64,000 nucleotides of DNA from NCBI GenBank assembly GCA_903937035.1, contig CAIZXS010000020.1, forward strand, positions 3,443 through 67,442, written 5' to 3'. A program made the position numbers and the translations under genes. Below are positions 19,565-28,032 of this stretch, one piece after another; positions within the stretch are counted from its first letter, which is position 1; every line of letters starts with the position of its first letter. The notes beneath the pieces were generated by a model that saw nothing but the letters and a program-made list of their open reading frames with translations, made no database searches and was not told where the DNA came from. The stretch comes from an uncultured bacterium. GTDB lineage: Bacteria; Patescibacteriota; Minisyncoccia; Moranbacterales; UBA2206.

Positions 19565-19599
19565 TTCGTCCGCCCTGGGCGGACTATGGCGGTCGAAGC
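19565..19599 (+). promoter_or_regulatory. GC-rich leader hairpin overlapping the corA Shine-Dalgarno
   Basis: cttcg-tccgccc-tgg-gcggac-tatggcggt-cgaag: the outer cttcg/cgaag stem pairs the gaag SD 4-8 nt before ATG 19603. ccgcc has two alternative ggcgg partners. Confidence 0.4.
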
Positions 19600-19602
19600 A
19601 AG

Positions 19603-20508
19603 ATGCAAGAAATAAAAACCGAAAAATTTAGCTGGATTGATTTTCAAGAACCGAATGCTGATGATGTTCTCCGAATCCAGAAAAGATTCAAACTCCACCC
19701 CCTGGTCGTGGAAGAATTTTCCACCCCGACACTAAGGCCCAAGGCGGCAGAATATGACAACTGCGTCTATCTCGCCATCCATATCCCCCTCTACGACAGC
19801 GAGAATAAAACCACCTATCCCGGAGAATTGGATATCGTAATTTGCGAAAACACGCTCATTACCTCTCATGACGTGGAGATATACCAATTGAATGACTTTT
19901 TCAATGAACTGAAAAAAAGTAAAAAAAAGCGCGAGGTCTATATGCAACAAAGCCCAGGAGCACTCCTGCGTTATCTTCTTGAAATGCTCCTCGAATCCTG
20001 CTTTCCACGCCTAGATCACATCTCCCGAAAACTGGACAACATTGAAAGAGAAATTTTTGCCCAACATGAAAAGGAGATGGTATTTGAAATTTCCTTAGTC
20101 AAAAGAGACATTCTCAATTTTCGTCGCACCATGAAACCACAACGTAGTGTTTTCGAGTCTCTCACTCAAGAACACAAATATATCGAAAAAGAACTCAGGC
20201 CATATTTCCAAGACCTCATCGGCACAAACATTCGCATCTGGAATATGTTGGAAAGCGCCAAGGAAACGATTGAGTCTCTGGAATCCACCAACAATTCCCT
20301 CCTTTCCAACCAGCTCGACATGACCATGAAAGTGCTCACGATTTTTTCCGCTGTAATGCTCCCGATGACTGTCTATTCCAATATCCTTGCTATGAGCGCC
20401 GATATCCCGTTTGGAAAGGATCCTAACGCTTTCTGGATTCATTTAAGCATCATGCTTGCGTTATCACTGATTACTATTACTTTTTTTAAAGCAAGAAAGT
20501 GGCTATAA
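19603..20508 (+). CDS. corA: CorA-family divalent cation transporter with non-canonical AMS in place of GMN
   Basis: CorA-like cytoplasmic domain plus two C-terminal TM helices. The segment LPMTVYSNILAMSADIPFG aligns to the canonical LP.TFIAGIYGMNF..MPE. Confidence 0.75.
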   Translation: MQEIKTEKFSWIDFQEPNADDVLRIQKRFKLHPLVVEEFSTPTLRPKAAEYDNCVYLAIHIPLYDSENKTTYPGELDIVICENTLITSHDVEIYQLNDFFNELKKSKKKREVYMQQSPGALLRYLLEMLLESCFPRLDHISRKLDNIEREIFAQHEKEMVFEISLVKRDILNFRRTMKPQRSVFESLTQEHKYIEKELRPYFQDLIGTNIRIWNMLESAKETIESLESTNNSLLSNQLDMTMKVLTIFSAVMLPMTVYSNILAMSADIPFGKDPNAFWIHLSIMLALSLITITFFKARKWL

Positions 20509-20525
20509 TTATGAAAAGTTAAATT

Positions 20526-22001
20526 ATGCTAAAACTCTACAACACCCTCTCTCGGACAAAAGAAGAATTCAGGCCAATTAACCCCGGTAAAGTTGGTTTT
20601 TACACTTGTGGCCCCACTGTCTATGACTATATCCATATCGGAAACATCAAATCCTACATGACTGCTGATACGCTGCGTCGCTACCTAACCCATCTTGGCT
20701 ATGAGGTAAAACACATTAAAAACATCACGGACGTTGGGCATCTCACTGAAGATGACATCGCTCAAGGTGACAGCGGTGATGACAAGCTGGCAAAAAAAGC
20801 CATAGCGGAAAAAAAGTCTCCAGCTGAAGTAGCCAAATTCTATGAAAATTATTTTCACGAAGCAGAGAAAAAAATAAATATCCTGCCGGCACATTTTTTT
20901 CCCAGAGCAACAGCACATATTCCACAGATGATCAAAATTATCACTGCACTCATTGAAAAAGGATTCGCCTATGAAAAAAATGGTAATGTTTTTTTTAGTG
21001 TTAAAAAATTTCCTGATTATGGAAAACTTTCCGGCAATACCCTGTCCAATTTGAAAGTCGGCGCACGTCTAGAAGAGCACCCCGACAAGGACGACCCATG
21101 GGATTTCGCTCTCTGGCTGCGCGCACCCAAAGAACACTTAATGAAATTTGACTCTCCTTGGTCAATCGGCTATCCTGGCTGGCACATTGAATGCTCAGCC
21201 ATGAGTTCAGACTACCTGGACGACACTTTTGATATTCACACTGGAGGTGAAGATAATATTTTTCCTCATCATGAAGCAGAAATCGCACAAAGTGAATGTT
21301 TTTCTGGAAAAAAATTCGTTAATTATTGGCTACACACTCGACTACTCTTGGTAGATGGGATAAAGATGTCCAAATCTAAGGGTAATTTTTATCGACTAGA
21401 TGATGTCCTGGCGAAAGGCTACGATGCCATGGCCCTGCGCATCTTGATTCTATCTTCTCATTATCGAAGCCAGATGAATTTTACCTGGGAATCGATGGAC
21501 CAAGCCAAAAGTAATTTCGAAAGAATAGTGTCCTGGCTCAATAATTTAAAAAATATTGCCACAGATACCCCACAGACAAAAACCGAGATTAGTTTTACCC
21601 ATATCTACCAAAAACGCTTCGAAGAGGCGATGAATGATGACCTCAATACTCCACTCGCACTCAGCGTGATTTATGATTTGATTACCGAAACCAACAAGCT
21701 ATCATCGGAAGATAAGCTTTCTCCTACCACCGCCAAAGAAATCTTATCTTTTTGGAATCGAATCAATAAGGTTTTTGGACTTATTATTTCTAATCAAGAA
21801 AAAATTCCTGAAAATGTAATTCTTATCGCCGAGAGGAGAAAGCAAGCGAGGAATGAAAAAGATTTTCAACTCTCCGATGATTTGCGTGGAGAAATTGAAA
21901 ACCTTGGTTATTCGATAGAAGATATTAAAGATAATAATTATTCACTTAAACCTGCCCGCAATGCTTCGCATAGCGATGCAGGTGTGGAAAAAATAATATG
22001 A
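20526..22001 (+). CDS. cysS: cysteine--tRNA ligase
   Basis: HIGN (HIGH-type) and KMSKS motifs, plus Cys-binding GWHIECSAM. Confidence 0.95.
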   Translation: MLKLYNTLSRTKEEFRPINPGKVGFYTCGPTVYDYIHIGNIKSYMTADTLRRYLTHLGYEVKHIKNITDVGHLTEDDIAQGDSGDDKLAKKAIAEKKSPAEVAKFYENYFHEAEKKINILPAHFFPRATAHIPQMIKIITALIEKGFAYEKNGNVFFSVKKFPDYGKLSGNTLSNLKVGARLEEHPDKDDPWDFALWLRAPKEHLMKFDSPWSIGYPGWHIECSAMSSDYLDDTFDIHTGGEDNIFPHHEAEIAQSECFSGKKFVNYWLHTRLLLVDGIKMSKSKGNFYRLDDVLAKGYDAMALRILILSSHYRSQMNFTWESMDQAKSNFERIVSWLNNLKNIATDTPQTKTEISFTHIYQKRFEEAMNDDLNTPLALSVIYDLITETNKLSSEDKLSPTTAKEILSFWNRINKVFGLIISNQEKIPENVILIAERRKQARNEKDFQLSDDLRGEIENLGYSIEDIKDNNYSLKPARNASHSDAGVEKII

Positions 22002-22228
22002 ACGATTTCTGCGATTGCTCACAATGTCCACATCATTGCTCGGGAGATGACGAGTCGATAGATTCACCTACTGCTGCAACTTCAGTTTTTGATGATTCCG
22101 AGGAAACATCAAATGATAAAGATACCAAAGCTTCAGCCGAAAAGAAGGTTAAAAAACTCAAAAAGGATATCAAGGCTCTCGGCTTTAAGTTAAAAGATAC
22201 GGATAAAGGAATTAGGGTAACGATGTAG
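21998..22228 (+). CDS. small hypothetical protein with N-terminal CxCxxCxxxC motif, translationally coupled to cysS
   Basis: ATGA start/stop overlap with cysS. N-terminus MNDFCDCSQCPHHC, acidic middle, lysine-rich C-terminus. Confidence 0.4.
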   Translation: MNDFCDCSQCPHHCSGDDESIDSPTAATSVFDDSEETSNDKDTKASAEKKVKKLKKDIKALGFKLKDTDKGIRVTM

Positions 22229-22235
22229 CTATATG

Positions 22236-22439
22236 TGTCATTCCCGCGAAGGCGGCCTGCCTGCTGGTAGGCAGGGAATCCAGTCTCTAGGCCATAGCAA
22301 AAACGAGCATCGTCCTGATTGGCGATTCTTTGTTTGTAAAAATTCATTTTTTGCACCTATTTTCTCAGCTTATCAAAATACAAAGTTAGTAATTCTTACT
22401 AAGTCTTTACACTGGATCCCCGCCTGCGCGGGGATGACA
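22236..22439. repeat. GC-rich hairpin-pair composite element (MITE-like), copy 1
   Basis: Left end tgtcattcccgcgaaggcgg[cctgcctgctggtaggcagg]gaatccag (22236-22283); right end ctggatccccgcctgcgcggggatgaca (22412-22439) in inverted orientation. It fills the whole cysS/small-ORF to dus intergenic gap. Confidence 0.6.
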
Positions 22440-22452
22440 ATTTTTTATTTAT

Positions 22453-23436
22453 ATGACCAAAAACTTCTGGCAAAAAATTAAAAAACCGATTTTAGCATTA
22501 GCCCCAATGGCCGGAATCACTGATAGCGCTTTTCGTCAGATTTGTCGTGAAAATAGCGCTGATGTGACATATTCCGAGATGGCCAGCGTGAGTGCGCTAT
22601 TCTATAAGCCGCAAAAAACCCTAGAGTTAGTTAGATTTAATAAGAAAGAACGGCCCTATGTCGTGCAACTCTTTGGCAATAAGCCGGAACATTTTGCTGT
22701 CGCCACGAAAATTATTAGCAAAGAAGTCAAGCCGGACGGCATCGACATTAATTTCGGCTGCCCTGCTAAAAAAGTTTTTAAACATGGTAGCGGTTGCGCT
22801 CTCATGCCTCAGATTGAACTGGCGCGCGAAATCATTTCTGCGGTTTGCGGAAATACTACTCTGCCAGTTTCGATCAAAATTCGTGCAGGAATTGGAGGAA
22901 AAGACGCATCGCAATGCGTCTCTACGGCCATTAAATTTATCAAAAAGACCAAAGACCTTCCCTACTCGGCCGTTATGGTTCATGGCCGCACCTATGAAGG
23001 CGGATTTTCTGGTCCGGTTGATTGGGAAATAATTTCCCAGATCAAAAAAATCATTCCCGAAAAAATTGTTCTGGGCAATGGCGGAATCACCACCCCCGAA
23101 AATGCATTAGAAGTTTTACAAAAATATCCCAACATTGACGGCCTCGGCATTGCCCGCGGCGCCTGGGGCAAGCCCTATCTTTTTGAACAAATTAAAAAAT
23201 ACGTCCATACCATAGGGGCGGTTCATGAACCGCCCCTACCACCGGTTTTTTCCAAAATCAAAAAAATAATGCTCACCCACGCTAAACTAATTTTTGCCGA
23301 CAAATCAGAAATGGGGAAATTTGAAATCCGAAAACACCTTGCCTGGTACATTAAAGGCTTCCCCGGCGCCTCCGAGCTCCGTCAAAAGCTAGTTCGAGCC
23401 GAAAGCGTCAAAGAAATCAAGGAAATTTTAAGATAA
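22453..23436 (+). CDS. dusB: tRNA-dihydrouridine synthase
   Basis: LAPMAGITD FMN-binding motif and DINFGCP Dus family signature. Confidence 0.9.
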   Translation: MTKNFWQKIKKPILALAPMAGITDSAFRQICRENSADVTYSEMASVSALFYKPQKTLELVRFNKKERPYVVQLFGNKPEHFAVATKIISKEVKPDGIDINFGCPAKKVFKHGSGCALMPQIELAREIISAVCGNTTLPVSIKIRAGIGGKDASQCVSTAIKFIKKTKDLPYSAVMVHGRTYEGGFSGPVDWEIISQIKKIIPEKIVLGNGGITTPENALEVLQKYPNIDGLGIARGAWGKPYLFEQIKKYVHTIGAVHEPPLPPVFSKIKKIMLTHAKLIFADKSEMGKFEIRKHLAWYIKGFPGASELRQKLVRAESVKEIKEILR

Positions 23437-23440
23437 CAGG

Positions 23441-23582
23441 ACTTACGCGCTTGCCAAGAGCAAGCTTTTCTATGGCCAAGGTTAATTCTGAAAAACTTTA
23501 ATGGCTTCAGCTGTTAAAATAGATTAAAATAACCTCTAAGCAGCCATGCGCTTTAAAGATTGCTCTTGGTAAGCGTGTAAGT
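23441..23582 (+). promoter_or_regulatory. candidate structured RNA element / dnaB leader
   Basis: 23-nt arms acttacgcgcttgccaagagcaa (23441-23463) and ttgctcttggtaagcgtgtaagt (23560-23582) are complementary except for two positions that give G-U pairs only in the plus-strand RNA. ttgctctt recurs at 23642. Confidence 0.4.
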
Positions 23583-23671
23583 CATACATAAATAATGTGC
23601 ACAATCAGCGCATAAGTTGGGCAAAAGTGCAAGTTGCCGAGTTGCTCTTCTCTTGCTAGAATAGATTAGCT

Positions 23672-25033
23672 ATGGCAACAGCTGAAAACAAAGACTTGAA
23701 ACTTCCACCCCAAAACATCGACGCGGAAAAATCCGTGCTCGGTGCTTTAATGTTGGACAAAGACGCCATTATCCGTGTCGCTAACCTCGTACGCCTCGGT
23801 GATTTCTATAAAGACACACACAATCTGATCTATGAAACAATGATTGATCTCTATGAAAAGAGAGAGCCAATCGACGTACTCAGCCTTTCCAACCGTCTTG
23901 AAGAAAAGGGTCAACTTGACACTATTGGCGGATCAAGTTATCTTGCCACGTTAGTCAATACTGTTCCTTCAAGTTCGAATGTTTCTCACTACGCGAAAGT
24001 CGTACAAAAAAAATCAACACTGCGAAAATTAATTGAAACAGCCAGTGAAATTGTTGAGCTCGGCTATCATGAAGAAGAAGACGTGGATAAACTGCTTGAC
24101 GAAGCTGAGCAAAAACTTTTTGCTGTTTCGCAAAAGTACATCAAGCAAGATTTTGTGCCAATCCGTTCCATTCTGGAGGCAGCCTTCAATCGCATTGATG
24201 AGCTGCATAAAGGTGACCATCAGTTGCGAGGAATTCCGACTGGCTACACCGACCTCAATAATGTTCTCGCTGGTTTCCAAAAATCCGACCTCATCATTTT
24301 GGCAGCGCGTCCTAGTATCGGAAAATCCACTCTAGCCATGGACTTTGCCAGAAGCATTGCCGTGAAAGAAAAAATCGGTGTCGGTGTCTTTTCCTTGGAA
24401 ATGGGCGCTGATCAATTGATTGATAGGATGCTCGCCGCTCAATCAGGAGTGGACTTGTGGCGTTTACGCACGGGTCGCCTCAAAACTGGCGATGGTGATG
24501 ACGACTTCCAGCGAATCGGCGAAGCAATGGGAGTGCTTTCAGAGGCGCCAATTTTCATTGATGACTCTGGTTCTGCCAACATTATGGAAATTCGCACCAT
24601 GGCAAGGCGCCTTCAAATGGAACATAATGTTGGGATGATTATTATTGACTACCTGCAACTTATGGAAGGTCGCTCATCTAGTGGCGATAACCGCGTCAAT
24701 GAAATTTCCGAAATATCTCGCTCCCTAAAACAGCTAGCCCGTGAACTCAACATCCCCGTTATTGCCCTCTCGCAACTCTCCCGTAACGTCGAATCACGCA
24801 GTCCGCAAATTCCAAAGCTATCCGACTTGCGTGAATCTGGTTCGATTGAGCAGGACGCTGACATCGTGCTATTCCTCTATCGTGAAGACCGTGAAAAACC
24901 AGACACTCCTAATAAAAATATCGTCGAGGTTCACATCGCCAAACACCGCAACGGTCCCGTTGGGAAAATATCCCTCTATTTCGATGAGTCATCCGCAACC
25001 TTTAAATCACTGGAACGAGTGCATACGGAATAG
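23672..25033 (+). CDS. dnaB: replicative DNA helicase DnaB
   Basis: DnaB N-terminal domain, Walker A (GARPSIGKST), and the H2, H3 and H4 motifs. Confidence 0.95.
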   Translation: MATAENKDLKLPPQNIDAEKSVLGALMLDKDAIIRVANLVRLGDFYKDTHNLIYETMIDLYEKREPIDVLSLSNRLEEKGQLDTIGGSSYLATLVNTVPSSSNVSHYAKVVQKKSTLRKLIETASEIVELGYHEEEDVDKLLDEAEQKLFAVSQKYIKQDFVPIRSILEAAFNRIDELHKGDHQLRGIPTGYTDLNNVLAGFQKSDLIILAARPSIGKSTLAMDFARSIAVKEKIGVGVFSLEMGADQLIDRMLAAQSGVDLWRLRTGRLKTGDGDDDFQRIGEAMGVLSEAPIFIDDSGSANIMEIRTMARRLQMEHNVGMIIIDYLQLMEGRSSSGDNRVNEISEISRSLKQLARELNIPVIALSQLSRNVESRSPQIPKLSDLRESGSIEQDADIVLFLYREDREKPDTPNKNIVEVHIAKHRNGPVGKISLYFDESSATFKSLERVHTE

Positions 25034-25165
25034 CCTAAAAATCCAAAGCCCAAATGACAAATGTCAATTCAAATCAAAAGTTCAAATATCAAATTTTCTA
25101 TTTTTGCATTTTGTCATTTGATATTGATTTGAAATTTGGATTTTGAAATTTGAAATTTATAGCAT
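25034..25165. repeat. long AT-rich imperfect palindrome (aaatttcaaa / tttgacattt family), copy A
   Basis: aaatccaaagcccaaatgacaaatgtcaa ... ttttgtcatttgatattgatttgaaatttggattttgaaatttgaaattt, between dnaB and recR. Confidence 0.5.
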
Positions 25166-25759
25166 ATGTATCCCAAATCTTTCAAAAAACTAATCGACAA
25201 CTTCGCGGCTTTGCCCTCCATCGGTCCTAAAATGGCCGAACGCTTGGTATTGTATTTATTCAAAGAAGATAATCAAAAATTATCTGAGTTTGCCAAAAGC
25301 CTTGAGGATTTCAAGAAGAATCTTCGTCACTGTAAAAAATGCTGGAATATCAGCGAAGAAGAATATTGCTCAATTTGCAAAGATAGCTCACGCGATCAAG
25401 CCACAATTTGCGTCGTAGAAGATGCACTGGATGTTTTTGCGATCGAAAAAACTAAAAAATATAACGGCATATACCATGTTCTCGGCGGAGTGCTTAACCC
25501 AACAAGAACCGTCGGATCGGACAATTTGCATTTCAAGGACTTGGAAAATAGAGCTGAAAAAGAAGAAATCAAAGAAGTGATTCTAGCCATGAATCCAACC
25601 ACAGAAGGCGACGCCACAGCGCTCTATATCACCAGAAACCTAAAAGATAAAGGCGCGAAGATTACCCGCCTCGCAAGGGGCCTCGCCACTGGCGCTGACA
25701 TTGAACATGCGGATGAGCTAACACTCAGTTCGTCTCTTGCCAATAGGAGGGAAGTTTAA
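25166..25759 (+). CDS. recR: recombination protein RecR
   Basis: C4 zinc finger CKKCWNISEEEYCSIC and a Toprim domain. Confidence 0.9.
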   Translation: MYPKSFKKLIDNFAALPSIGPKMAERLVLYLFKEDNQKLSEFAKSLEDFKKNLRHCKKCWNISEEEYCSICKDSSRDQATICVVEDALDVFAIEKTKKYNGIYHVLGGVLNPTRTVGSDNLHFKDLENRAEKEEIKEVILAMNPTTEGDATALYITRNLKDKGAKITRLARGLATGADIEHADELTLSSSLANRREV

Positions 25760-25764
25760 AAAAA

Positions 25765-25799
25765 CAAAAAAACTCGGATCCTCTCGGTCCGAGTTTTTA
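25765..25799. terminator. bidirectional intrinsic terminator between recR and rplU
   Basis: aaaaacaaaaaa-actcgga-tcctctcgg-tccgagt-ttttaa. Confidence 0.6.
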
Positions 25800-25816
25800 A
25801 TATTTCAAAAGAAAAC

Positions 25817-26137
25817 TTAAGCAATCTTAGTAATTTCCACTTCTGTAAAGATTTGGCGATGTCCAAATTTAACCTTGTATCTTTTCTTGGCTTTAAATTT
25901 AATACCAGTCACTTTGTCGCCTTGCTCAGTGCGCAGAATCTTGCCTTCCACTATTGCGCCAGTAAGAAAGGGTGTTCCGACTTTTATTTCTTTTTCATCA
26001 CCCACAAAAAGGACTTCGGAAAAAACGATTGTGCTTCCAACTGCATCTTCTAGTTTTTCAACCTTAACCTTATCCCCCACTTTTACTTTATACTGCTTGC
26101 CACCAGTCTTGATAATTGCCAACATAATAGAATTCAC
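25817..26137 (-). CDS. rplU: 50S ribosomal protein L21
   Basis: MLAIIKTGGKQYKVKVGDKVKVEKLE L21 signature. No rpmA is adjacent. Confidence 0.9.
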   Translation of the reverse strand: MNSIMLAIIKTGGKQYKVKVGDKVKVEKLEDAVGSTIVFSEVLFVGDEKEIKVGTPFLTGAIVEGKILRTEQGDKVTGIKFKAKKRYKVKFGHRQIFTEVEITKIA

Positions 26138-26166
26138 TAAATTTAATTAAAAGCTTTAACTTAGCC

Positions 26167-26195
26167 ATTGTACCGTACTTTTTGGCTCCTGTCAA
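26167..26195 (-). promoter_or_regulatory. consensus sigma70 promoter for rplU
   Basis: Minus strand TTGACA-ggagccaaaaagtacgg-TACAAT: -35 at 26190-26195, 17-bp spacer, -10 at 26167-26172. Confidence 0.65.
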
Positions 26196-26244
26196 TAACC
26201 AGCCCGCAACTTGTCCGCCTTGGGCAAAAAACTCACAATAAATC

Positions 26245-26976
26245 CTAAATTTCTGACCGGTCGATACCAATGCTCGCAAGAAGCTCTAACTGCTCAGGGC
26301 CTTCAATTTCTCGATATTCTCGCGTTTTAAGGCCTCCCAGTTTAATATTCATAATTCTCACTCGCTTAAGTTCAGTCACCTTGCGCTCTAATTTTTCACA
26401 CATTCGCCTAATTTGTCTTTTTTTGCCTTCTGTAAGCACGATAGAAAAAGCTAAATCATTAACTTTTTCGACCACGCAAGGCCTTGTCCTGTATCCATCA
26501 TCTAAAATTACCCCTTCAGCCATATTCTTTATAAACGCCGGGCTAATCGTCCTGTCAACTTTGACCAAGTATTCCTTTTCGTGATAATGGTCAGGATTGA
26601 GAAGTCTGTCTGTCACGCGACCATCGTTTGTGAGAATAATCAGTCCATGCGAATCCTTGTCGAGCCTGCCAACCGGAAAAACTTTTTGCGAATAGTTGAA
26701 AATATCCTCAATACTTTTCTCCCCCTTCTGAGGACTATGCGTCACGATGCCTTGTGGCTTATTATAAGCCAAGTACACCATTTTTTTATTACGGCGGATG
26801 TCCTTGTCGATTGTCACTTCATCAGCTTCGTTAACCTTAGCACCAAGAACTGCCACTTGACCACTGATTTTGACTCGGCCAGATTTAATGATTTCATCTG
26901 CTGCGCGACGTGTGCAAAAATTATTATAAGCCAGATACTTATTAATTCTGATGGGATAAATTATTTCTTTTTTCAT
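26245..26976 (-). CDS. rluB: rRNA pseudouridine synthase (RsuA/RluB family)
   Basis: N-terminal S4 domain (RINKYLAYNNFCTRRAADEII) and catalytic GRLDKDSHGLIILTNDG. Confidence 0.85.
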   Translation of the reverse strand: MKKEIIYPIRINKYLAYNNFCTRRAADEIIKSGRVKISGQVAVLGAKVNEADEVTIDKDIRRNKKMVYLAYNKPQGIVTHSPQKGEKSIEDIFNYSQKVFPVGRLDKDSHGLIILTNDGRVTDRLLNPDHYHEKEYLVKVDRTISPAFIKNMAEGVILDDGYRTRPCVVEKVNDLAFSIVLTEGKKRQIRRMCEKLERKVTELKRVRIMNIKLGGLKTREYREIEGPEQLELLASIGIDRSEI

Positions 26977-27000
26977 TTAATTATGATAGACCGCCATATT

Positions 27001-27158
27001 TGTCATTCCCGCGAAGGCGGGAATCCAGGCTCCACTAGTTATAAATTACAAACAATCAAGTTATAAATCCCCTAACTTCTTATTATCAACCAGTAAATTC
27101 TGTTTTTCTTTTTCTTAAAACCTGAGGTGCCTGGATCCCCGACTTCTCGGGGATGACA
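27001..27158. repeat. GC-rich hairpin-pair composite element (MITE-like), copy 2
   Basis: tgtcattcccgcgaaggcgggaatccag (27001-27028) ... ctggatccccgacttctcggggatgaca (27131-27158), between rluB and ispH. Confidence 0.6.
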
Positions 27159-27195
27159 CGGAAGAGAGAATCGCACTAAAAGATTAAACTCTACC

Positions 27196-28032
27196 TTAGC
27201 ACAAACTCTCAACCTTGTCCACCACCTCATCAATTAGAAACTGCGCTGTCGAAGCGCCAGCGGCGATGCCAACCTTTTTGACCCCTGCAAACCATTCAAG
27301 TTGTAACTCGGAAGCTGTTTCAATGTGTTTGGTGGGTGTTTTTTGCGCTTCACTCAATTGCACCAACTTTCCAGTATTACTGGAATTCCTTCCTCCAATC
27401 ACGAGCACAATATCCACCTCTTTTGCTAATGCTGAGACTTCTGCTTGCTTGGTCGAACTATCAAGGCAAATCGTATTTTCAATAACCAGGTGCTTTGTTT
27501 TTTTCAATAGCTCTGCAACAATATCCTGCAAAAGCTCTACCTTTTGGGTAGTTTGACTAAGAATCCCAACGGTTCCCTTGAATTTCATGCTACTCACTTC
27601 ATTTGCATCATGGATTATTTTCGCCGAATTACTAGCCCAAGCATTTATTCCGATCACTTCAGCATGCTCCGGATCGCCACAAATAACCACATCGAAGCCA
27701 TCATTATGAAATTTCTCCGCAACCATTTGTGCGCGCCGCACAAAAGGACAAGTTGCGTCTAAGATTTCTCCGTTCTGAGCAATGATATCCTTCACAATAT
27801 TCGGATCAATCCCATGACTACGCACCAAAAAAAGACTCCCTACTGGAACTTCCGCCGGATCTTTGACGGTCACAAGTCCCCGTTGCTCCAACTTTTCAAT
27901 CACTTGCTGATTATGAATAAGGGAGCCCAAGCAATAAACTCTGCGCCCGCCCTCCAAGGCTTTTTCCGCCATGTCCACCGCACGCCTAACTCCGAAACAA
28001 AAACCAGCATGCTTAGCAATTATAATTTCCAT
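27196..28032 (-). CDS. ispH: 4-hydroxy-3-methylbut-2-enyl diphosphate reductase
   Basis: LytB family: N-terminal GFCFGVRRAV and conserved Cys and His ligands. Confidence 0.9.
   Translation of the reverse strand: MEIIIAKHAGFCFGVRRAVDMAEKALEGGRRVYCLGSLIHNQQVIEKLEQRGLVTVKDPAEVPVGSLFLVRSHGIDPNIVKDIIAQNGEILDATCPFVRRAQMVAEKFHNDGFDVVICGDPEHAEVIGINAWASNSAKIIHDANEVSSMKFKGTVGILSQTTQKVELLQDIVAELLKKTKHLVIENTICLDSSTKQAEVSALAKEVDIVLVIGGRNSSNTGKLVQLSEAQKTPTKHIETASELQLEWFAGVKKVGIAAGASTAQFLIDEVVDKVESLC

Noticed and set aside
19520-19602. M-box (Mg2+) riboswitch upstream of corA
   Set aside because: The leader is only ~80 nt and lacks recognisable M-box conserved helices; reported instead as a generic hairpin with alternative pairings.
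22233-22481. 82-aa ORF spanning the cysS-dus intergenic region
   Set aside because: It is the translation of the two GC-rich palindromic elements (CHSREGGLPAGRQG..., ...WIPACAGMT), a known artefact signature of repeat-derived ORFs.
26581-27066. 161-aa plus-strand ORF
   Set aside because: Antisense to rluB, and its C-terminus (HSREGGNPGS) is translated repeat element.
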